Virus record (IMG/VR): IMGVR_UViG_3300029448_000003
Span: 46,915 to 110,914 of that record
Direction: 5' to 3' (one strand)
Source: a virus
Length of the DNA: 64,000 nt
Below the pieces are notes generated by a model that ran no database searches, was not told where the DNA came from, and was given only the letters and a program-made list of their open reading frames with translations. Each line of letters begins with the position of its first letter. The stretch's first letter is position 1. The position numbers were made by a program, and so were the translations under genes. Of this stretch, positions 57,839 to 64,000 are shown piece by piece.

Positions 57839-57867
57839 CTTTTATCACGATTTTGTTTTCCTGTCAA
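57839..57867 (-). promoter_or_regulatory. sigma70-type promoter for primase operon
   Basis: TTGACA-17bp-TAAAAG with extended TG. Confidence 0.55.
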
Positions 57868-58765
57868 GTGTTTTATTTGAATTTCTTTGATTTAATGCAA
57901 AATTAGCTGATTTAAAGGTGTGTTTTATATATGGCTGAACACTTTGAGGGTTCACATGACCTGACACAGACATGATTTGATTGATTGGTACTCCTGCATC
58001 ATTCATCTCTGTTATAGCTGTTGCTCTTAAATGCATTAACTGTAACTCCTGCCTTAATCCTGCCAATTTTATAACACAATTACTGTATTTAGACACATTA
58101 GTTAGTGTGTATGGTACATAAACTCCTCTTGCAGGTCTTACCTGTGGTGCTACATACTCCTGAAAACCAAAGTCCTCTTTTTGCTTTTGCAGCATACTAA
58201 ATAAATCGTCACCAATAGGCAGAAAAACCTCTCGTCTTTTTTTAGATTGCTCTAGGTATAATTGTTTATCTTCCCATTTAATATTATTCCATGTTAGCAA
58301 TCGCATATCTCCTATTCTCTGACCCCATTCATATGCCATGTGAACAATCAAACCAATATTCCTATACGAAAAATCAGAGTATGCAACATCTAAGAACTTT
58401 TTAACTTCCTCTTCTTCCCAAATAATCCTCTTTACCTTTGCTGACTTTCTTTTAACTCCCTTGAAAGGATTTATGCTAGTATATCCCATTTCTGTAGCAT
58501 AAGAAAAGACTACAGTTGAAATAGCAACTACCTTATTTGCCTGTGACAATCCTCTCTCTTTCCATTGTTCATATGCCTGTTTGCAAAGAGGTGTCGTAAT
58601 ATCCAAAACTTTTTTAGTTTTAAAGTTATCTGTATCTATCAATATATCAAGACAGTATTTATAATCCTTTTGTGTCTTTTCTCTTAAATCCCTGTAGTCT
58701 TTTGATAGGTAATACAACTCACACAATCGGTCAACGGTCAATATCTTTGGGTTTACTTTCATCAT
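57845..58765 (-). CDS. int: tyrosine recombinase/integrase
   Basis: GQRIGD (R), QSK (K), HLR (R), SGH (H), QPY (Y). Confidence 0.9.
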   Translation of the reverse strand: MMKVNPKILTVDRLCELYYLSKDYRDLREKTQKDYKYCLDILIDTDNFKTKKVLDITTPLCKQAYEQWKERGLSQANKVVAISTVVFSYATEMGYTSINPFKGVKRKSAKVKRIIWEEEEVKKFLDVAYSDFSYRNIGLIVHMAYEWGQRIGDMRLLTWNNIKWEDKQLYLEQSKKRREVFLPIGDDLFSMLQKQKEDFGFQEYVAPQVRPARGVYVPYTLTNVSKYSNCVIKLAGLRQELQLMHLRATAITEMNDAGVPINQIMSVSGHVNPQSVQPYIKHTFKSANFALNQRNSNKTLDRKTKS

Positions 58766-58886
58766 TCTTTTTTCCTTTTTGTTTCATTTGATTCCTGATT
58801 TTTTCTAGTCGTATCTTGTGCTTAATACTCCTTGCGTTCTTTTCTCTTATCCATTCTTTTAGGTAGTGATAGTCGTTGCTATTCAT
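58731..58886 (-). CDS. small basic protein (51 aa)
   Basis: Manual: MNSNDYHYLKEWIREKNARSIKHKIRLEK... Confidence 0.45.
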   Translation of the reverse strand: MNSNDYHYLKEWIREKNARSIKHKIRLEKIRNQMKQKGKKNDESKPKDIDR

Positions 58887-59193
58887 ATATCGCTTCCCCA
58901 TCTTCGTTAAATTTAATCTTACTATTGTTTACTTCTGTAATAATAACATCTGTGTGTGTATGACCCATAGCATGACCTACACCATGTCCTATGTCGTGTT
59001 GTTTTACATGACCATCTAGATAAACTACCTCTCCTCTGATACCATGTATTGCCCAACCTTTCATATATTTTATATGTGCATCTATAACTTCTTCTAATGT
59101 GTTACCTTGAACATATTCAACTCTAGTTATTGGCTCATCTAGAACTGAATCATATCTACTATTAGCAACGTAGACTACTGTATATTTATTCAT
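58879..59193 (-). CDS. hypothetical protein
   Basis: Likely start MNKYTVV overlapping upstream stop; His-rich patch. Confidence 0.65.
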   Translation of the reverse strand: MNKYTVVYVANSRYDSVLDEPITRVEYVQGNTLEEVIDAHIKYMKGWAIHGIRGEVVYLDGHVKQHDIGHGVGHAMGHTHTDVIITEVNNSKIKFNEDGEAIYE

Positions 59194-59617
59194 AATGTAT
59201 ATCCCATCTGTAAAATATATGGTCATCTATTCGTGTTATGTACGTCTTACTACTCGCCCATGATGGTAGTACATAGTGAGCATGGTAGTGTGTTGCACCC
59301 TCTACAAAGTCATCAAGGTTGCCATAGTACACACCATGAGCTACTAACATAGCTTTATCCCATGCCTGTTCATCTCTAGGTTTATCACTCTTACCATCAC
59401 AGTACCAACTAAACTGACACTTATTGCGAATAGGTATAGATGGATTCCATTTATATGTTAATCCTTGTTTAACGACATCACAGACGTTGTTAGGATATCT
59501 TTCATCTCTAACCCTATTCATTGTTACTTGTGCTACTGCTATCTGTCCTATCAAAGATTGGTTTTTACTCTCGTGATATACGTTGAGTGCTAGACACATC
59601 AATGCTTCAACTATCAT
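59186..59617 (-). CDS. SleB-like cell wall hydrolase
   Basis: CLALNVYHES, V.MNRV...YP...C.VV.Q, QFSWYC, GATHYHA, HIFY. Confidence 0.9.
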   Translation of the reverse strand: MIVEALMCLALNVYHESKNQSLIGQIAVAQVTMNRVRDERYPNNVCDVVKQGLTYKWNPSIPIRNKCQFSWYCDGKSDKPRDEQAWDKAMLVAHGVYYGNLDDFVEGATHYHAHYVLPSWASSKTYITRIDDHIFYRWDIHYE

Positions 59618-59871
59618 TTACTTCTCCATGCTGATTCATCACTTTCAAGAACATAATCACACCACCATTTTGCACCATCTCCATCATCATCTTTTTGAGG
59701 AACGAATCTAAGAGAATCATGTAGATGGTGATTCAATTCTACTAACATAGATATTTGTGTTAGTGTTATATCTTTACATTCCTCTATGTATGTTATAGTT
59801 TCTTTTAGCTTGTTATGTAGTCTTAGAAACTCCATACGTTGTTCTTCAGTTACTAAAATATCTTTTACCAT
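59614..59871 (-). CDS. hypothetical protein
   Basis: 85 aa, AAGGGA SD. Confidence 0.65.
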   Translation of the reverse strand: MVKDILVTEEQRMEFLRLHNKLKETITYIEECKDITLTQISMLVELNHHLHDSLRFVPQKDDDGDGAKWWCDYVLESDESAWRSK

Positions 59872-59874
59872 TGT

Positions 59875-61044
59875 TTATTCCCTTTCTGTTGTTTTTAATG
59901 CTTGTTGTCCACAAGAGATGCCATCAAAGAGTGCCATAACATCTCTTAGATCACCCTCAATGCCCTTAAATATCTCATTGATGACAGATACTGTCCAACC
60001 ATTGCCTATTGCCTTGTAGCGATTAGATTTAGCGACAGGCATATATGCTATAGACTTCTCTCCATCTTTTTTATACCTACCCATAGCTGTATAATCTCTA
60101 GGTAAAGTTTGCAAAGATTCACATTCAGTAGGCAATAGTTTTCTCCATCTTAAACCATCATCATCTACAACTATGTTATCCTTTTGTATCGTTGTTAGAC
60201 AATTTGTTTTATTATCTTTTCTAACTTCTATTTTTTCAGTATAAGGTAATTCTAATTGGTAGTCTTTTCGTACACCATTTTCATCTAGCCTACGATTAAC
60301 TATTCTACCACCTTTAGCATCATACGTTGCCACTTTAGGTTCTCTATGCCCACCTTGCATAGTCGTTAGAGTGGGAGATTTCCCATTAGGTGAGTAAACT
60401 CTTTTGAGTATATCAAACCCTTTAATTTCAGCAGTTTCACCTATCTGAACCATAGTACGTTGCTTACGTTCTATACTGTTCCACCAAACTGCTCCATTGT
60501 ATCGTGCTGTTAGGCAATGGGATTTGCCCTTTTTATTAGTCATCATAGGATTAGACACACCATCTTCCTCTAGTATATCAGCTAATACTATATTCTCATC
60601 TTTAATATCTGATGGATTAAATGGTATGTTTGTTATGTACATTCTCACTCTATTTTGTGCTGATTTTAATGCACTATTGACAATGTACACACCAAAATTA
60701 TCGCCTACGACATCTCGTATGGCATCTATCATAATTTTCTCATTAGTCTTAGACATCTTTACATTTTCAAGTAGAAAATATTTAGGTTTAATCGCCCTTA
60801 GAGCATCAACAAACCTATAGAATAGCTGTCCACTCTCTGCTTTAAACCCATCTCGTTTTCCTGCTACTGAGAATGATGTACAAGGCGAACCTGCCAATAA
60901 TAAATCTACATTACGATACTTGTCACTATAGGCATCTATATTATTGACATCACCTAATTGTATAGTGTTTGGGTGTTGATATTGAGTTATTGCGATTGCG
61001 TGTTTATCTAATTCTGACGCAAAGTAATTGTTATATTTAATCAT
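59875..61044 (-). CDS. DNA (cytosine-5)-methyltransferase, circularly permuted (motif I at C-terminus)
   Basis: Begins at motif II (YFASELD); AGSPC, LLENV, QNRVR, RKLLPTECE, IGNGW, then DVMALFDGISCGQQAL before the stop. Confidence 0.9.
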   Translation of the reverse strand: MIKYNNYFASELDKHAIAITQYQHPNTIQLGDVNNIDAYSDKYRNVDLLLAGSPCTSFSVAGKRDGFKAESGQLFYRFVDALRAIKPKYFLLENVKMSKTNEKIMIDAIRDVVGDNFGVYIVNSALKSAQNRVRMYITNIPFNPSDIKDENIVLADILEEDGVSNPMMTNKKGKSHCLTARYNGAVWWNSIERKQRTMVQIGETAEIKGFDILKRVYSPNGKSPTLTTMQGGHREPKVATYDAKGGRIVNRRLDENGVRKDYQLELPYTEKIEVRKDNKTNCLTTIQKDNIVVDDDGLRWRKLLPTECESLQTLPRDYTAMGRYKKDGEKSIAYMPVAKSNRYKAIGNGWTVSVINEIFKGIEGDLRDVMALFDGISCGQQALKTTERE

Positions 61045-61764
61045 TTACTTCTCCTCTATATACACTCGTAAGTGTGTTGATTGTTCTATGCTTTGCCCAT
61101 GTTCAGTTAGACCTCTGCCCTTTAGGTCTTCTCTAATATGTTGACCTCGTACTCTCATACTATATCTGCTTTTGTTAAGATACTTCTTGAGTGTATCTAC
61201 AAAGGCTTCACCATACATATCTCTAGGTATCTCGCTGAATACATAACGAGGTGCTGTCACTTCTTTGTAAGACTTTTCCTCAAGCCTTTTGTGTAAGTCT
61301 TGGTTACGTTCTTTAATCTGAATGTTTAATTCTTGCAAGGCATGATTTTGTTTATTCAAATCTTTTATCCTCATAATCCTAGCCCTCTCATCACTAGCTA
61401 ATTTTTCTCGCAAACGTGACACCTCTTGTTCTAGTTTCATTATCTGATTAGTCTGTGATACAGATACCTGTAAGCCTTCATCATATCTGCCATAGAATTT
61501 ATCATTATCTTTTTTTAGTCTAGCTACCTCTTGCTCTAGCTCAACGACCTTACCCTCTTGAGTATCCCTACATACCTCTTCATTAAGGTTTCTTTGCATC
61601 TTAATAAACGACCTAATAAAATGTATAATATTCATATCATCTATAGCATAGGTCTTGTCTTGACTTTCTGATGTATAGAATTGTTTATCTAGTAGTTCCA
61701 TATCATAAGGTAATTTACTGTCATATATTACACTTAATAGGTTTAATATTTTTTTAATTTTCAT
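61045..61764 (-). CDS. hypothetical coiled-coil protein, paralog of 1892..2455
   Basis: Same termini; longer coiled coil with duplicated LEQEV.RL. Confidence 0.85.
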   Translation of the reverse strand: MKIKKILNLLSVIYDSKLPYDMELLDKQFYTSESQDKTYAIDDMNIIHFIRSFIKMQRNLNEEVCRDTQEGKVVELEQEVARLKKDNDKFYGRYDEGLQVSVSQTNQIMKLEQEVSRLREKLASDERARIMRIKDLNKQNHALQELNIQIKERNQDLHKRLEEKSYKEVTAPRYVFSEIPRDMYGEAFVDTLKKYLNKSRYSMRVRGQHIREDLKGRGLTEHGQSIEQSTHLRVYIEEK

Positions 61765-61768
61765 AGTA

Positions 61769-61957
61769 TTATCTCCATGTTAAACTTTGTACATACTTTT
61801 TTACTTTTCGTTCTGCTCTTCTTTTTATTTTATAATGCTCATACTTTTTAGTATTTGTCAATTTCTTTTTTAATAATTCGCTTAGTTTTATCTCTTTCAT
61901 AACTACCTTTACCCTTCTTAGGTTTAGTTTTTTTAGTAGCAAATCTTTCCCTTGCAT
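61769..61957 (-). CDS. small basic hypothetical protein
   Basis: 62 aa; start uncertain. Confidence 0.5.
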   Translation of the reverse strand: MQGKDLLLKKLNLRRVKVVMKEIKLSELLKKKLTNTKKYEHYKIKRRAERKVKKYVQSLTWR

Positions 61958-61989
61958 AAGCTACCATTTTAGCTATTGGATTAATAGGT

Positions 61990-62553
61990 TTAATTAACAT
62001 TGTTCATATTTTCTGCTATTACCTGTTCTTCTAATAAATCTTCAGCATCAATTATGTAATGGTATCTCAAATCTTTAAATAGAGATTCAAGAGAGTTTTC
62101 ATTCGCTTGATATAATAATCCTATACCACCCTTATCTCTCCACCTTTGGATATTCTTAGGTTTATCATCTACTAGTATGTTTTGATAATTGCCTTTACTG
62201 ATGGCATATTTTTCTTTCCTACCTGTAAAGATGCTCTCAATAGGTTTATAGCTATGTTTTTTTAGCCAATACCTTTTCCAAAAAGATGAATTTTTATGGT
62301 CATCTCTTAATGGTGAAGATAATATATTCCAATCTCCTTGTGTCAGAAAATTAACATAGTCTATTAATTTATCAGATGTTTGAAACTTAGGTATTTTACC
62401 AAAAAAATCAGTACCTTTTAAGTCTTTTAATGTCTGTTCCATGTTAGGTAATTCTTTCCAATGGGAAACATTGTAATGTTTTTCTAATGCTCCAAAGAAG
62501 TCAGCTATAACTCCGTCCATATCTAAGTATATTTTTATTTTTCTATCTGTCAT
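61990..62553 (-). CDS. HAD-family 5'(3')-nucleotidase (NT5C-like)
   Basis: IYLDMDGVIADF, ILSSP, K..W, ILVDD...N...W...GG.G. Confidence 0.85.
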   Translation of the reverse strand: MTDRKIKIYLDMDGVIADFFGALEKHYNVSHWKELPNMEQTLKDLKGTDFFGKIPKFQTSDKLIDYVNFLTQGDWNILSSPLRDDHKNSSFWKRYWLKKHSYKPIESIFTGRKEKYAISKGNYQNILVDDKPKNIQRWRDKGGIGLLYQANENSLESLFKDLRYHYIIDAEDLLEEQVIAENMNNVN

Positions 62554-62616
62554 TTAATTCTCCTTTTTAGTTTGGTGAGTTGCCGAATTGCAACCCACCT
62601 TGTTTGTTTTAATAGG

Positions 62617-62802
62617 CTATACCTTTGCAAATCTTCCGTTTTCATCTCTATAGTGAGTACCTTTTTCAATTCCGACTAAAAGAGCAATAAACCCTCCATT
62701 GTTTGATGTAGTACCTTTTTTATTGTTAGGGTGGTTTGTAATATATCTGTTTGTTTGTCTGATATATCTAAAGTTATTAAGATTAATTTTGTATGTAACC
62801 AT
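62617..62802 (-). CDS. small hypothetical protein, first gene after early promoter
   Basis: AGGAG SD; C-terminal RDENGRF. Confidence 0.65.
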   Translation of the reverse strand: MVTYKINLNNFRYIRQTNRYITNHPNNKKGTTSNNGGFIALLVGIEKGTHYRDENGRFAKV

Positions 62803-62845
62803 GTTACAATCTCCTGTTTATTGGCTTGTTTTATTTTATATATTA

Positions 62846-62874
62846 TTTCTACTACAATTTTTTAAATACGTCAA
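62846..62874 (-). promoter_or_regulatory. putative early promoter
   Basis: TTGACG-17bp-TAGAAA with AT-rich upstream tract. Confidence 0.5.
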
Positions 62875-62947
62875 GCACTATTTTTTTATTGAATAAAATC
62901 AATGGTTTATGAGTACTCCTCCTCATTTACTGATTTTAATTTTCTTT

Positions 62948-63073
62948 GTTCCTGTTTCGTTCTATGGGGTAAGTGTTGCATAAATGTCACACTTTCTGCA
63001 GTACTCCTCCTCCTGTTGACCGTTGACCGTTCACGTTTTGTTCTCATGCCTTATTCTGTTCACGTTTTGTTCT
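62948..63073. promoter_or_regulatory. three alphaproteobacterial LexA (SOS) boxes GTTC-N7-GTTC
   Basis: 62948 GTTC-CTGTTTC-GTTC; 63029 and 63058 GTTC-ACGTTTT-GTTC. Confidence 0.75.
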
Positions 63074-63083
63074 TTTGATAGAT

Positions 63084-63111
63084 AAAAAAAAGCTATCAAT
63101 AAATGATAGCT
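63084..63111 (-). terminator. rho-independent terminator
   Basis: AGCTATCA/TGATAGCT stem followed by T tract on minus strand. Confidence 0.65.
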
Positions 63112-63136
63112 ATATAAGTTTTAAGGATTTAAAAAG

Positions 63137-63436
63137 TTATATATAAACTGTTTGAATTTCATCTTCAATTAATTCTAGTCTTTTTTTATAACTTATATTA
63201 TTATCATATAAAACATTAGATATTTTTTTAATTTTTATTTTATCGGAATTAGTATTTATATAATCATTTTTATTTTGAATTAATGCAATTAAATAATTTT
63301 TTAATCCTATCAATTCAACTATTTCATCATTATTAATTTCAAATTCTGTATTATCTAAAACTATTATCTTTTCATTTAATACATAAATTAATTGTTTTAT
63401 TTCTTTTTCTGATAATTTTAAATTTAATTTATTCAT
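63137..63436 (-). CDS. hypothetical protein, very AT-rich
   Basis: 99 aa, AAAGGA SD. Confidence 0.6.
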   Translation of the reverse strand: MNKLNLKLSEKEIKQLIYVLNEKIIVLDNTEFEINNDEIVELIGLKNYLIALIQNKNDYINTNSDKIKIKKISNVLYDNNISYKKRLELIEDEIQTVYI

Positions 63437-63449
63437 TTTATTTAATCCT

Positions 63450-64000
63450 TTATAAGTTAATTACAAATTTGTTATTATTTAAATCTTTGTTATTGCCTTT
63501 ATATCGTAATCCTACAATAACATCTTTATCATCTAAAAATCTTAAGTCGTGTAAATCACCATCTATAACTTTTTTATTGTCATAATATTCAGGCAATTTA
63601 TCATTACGTTTTATATTAAATACGTATGCTTTATTATTGGGAATATCTTTTATAACATCTTTATTTATTTCATTACGCGATATAGTTAAATGATAATTAT
63701 CTAAATGTTTTATACTTCTATTTAATATTTTAGTATAATCATAAAATTGAATATTCTTAAACATTTCAAGTATATCTTTGTTAATCTTTTCATGTTTAAT
63801 ATCGGATAAAACATTTAATCTAATGCATAATTTTACATTATCTAATTTATCAACTTTGTTTTTATGTAAATTAATTTCTTGAATTAATCTATTTTTAAAT
63901 TGTTTACGATATTCAAAAAATAATATTGTTCTAATTATACGTGCTTTTAATACCATATGAATATTGTTTTTATTTAACATATGTTTTGCACCATGCCCTG
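63450..64000 (-). CDS. GP88-like protein, 5' truncated by window edge
   Basis: Frame open to edge (..AGHGAKHM); ARI.RT, IRLNVLSDI, FYDYTK, YHLT.S, IDGD.HDLRFLD, IVGL..KG. Confidence 0.7.
   Translation of the reverse strand, partial: GHGAKHMLNKNNIHMVLKARIIRTILFFEYRKQFKNRLIQEINLHKNKVDKLDNVKLCIRLNVLSDIKHEKINKDILEMFKNIQFYDYTKILNRSIKHLDNYHLTISRNEINKDVIKDIPNNKAYVFNIKRNDKLPEYYDNKKVIDGDLHDLRFLDDKDVIVGLRYKGNNKDLNNNKFVINL

Noticed and set aside
58728-58741. 14-mer TTGACCGTTGACCG matching 63016..63029 in inverted orientation (possible att/arm site)
   Set aside because: A 14 bp match is expected by chance in 64 kb; no further support. No attP could be located
1-64000. tRNA genes, introns/inteins, stop-codon recoding
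   Set aside because: No cloverleaf recognised by eye; core genes have normal length and are uninterrupted in the standard code (tRNAscan would be needed to exclude tRNAs fully)

Overview
The window is most of the genome of a marine podovirus of the HMO-2011 type. Support: family A DNA polymerase with a DnaJ-like CxxCxGxG insert, tyrosine integrase-primase-helicase block, T7-like endonuclease I, class II RNR, MazG, and no RNA polymerase. The host is probably an alphaproteobacterium. A + strand late arm (6.4-47.4 kb) carries basic small proteins, pstS, lysis genes, terminase, portal, scaffold, capsid, tail and internal proteins. It meets a - strand replication/early arm (47.4-64 kb) at abutting stop codons. 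A second, diverged early arm occupies 1-5.9 kb. Most striking: (1) the two early arms carry syntenic paralogous cassettes (coiled-coil protein, C5 DNA methyltransferase, SleB-like hydrolase, GP88-like gene); the right-hand methyltransferase is a circular permutant with SAM-binding motif I at the C-terminus, while the left-hand one is canonical; (2) both methyltransferases have three tandem TRD-like modules, one of which is swapped; (3) three alphaproteobacterial LexA boxes (GTTC-N7-GTTC) cluster in the right early control region; (4) the left early arm has its own regulatory grammar: three long hairpins with a conserved loop and four GTGTCC-N6-GGACAGTTT palindromes; (5) a recurring [YFML]xxGG motif and a shared N-terminal leader occur in late proteins; (6) Pro-Gly codon choice points to CCWGG avoidance. 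All assignments are by eye from motifs and synteny; no database searches were run.
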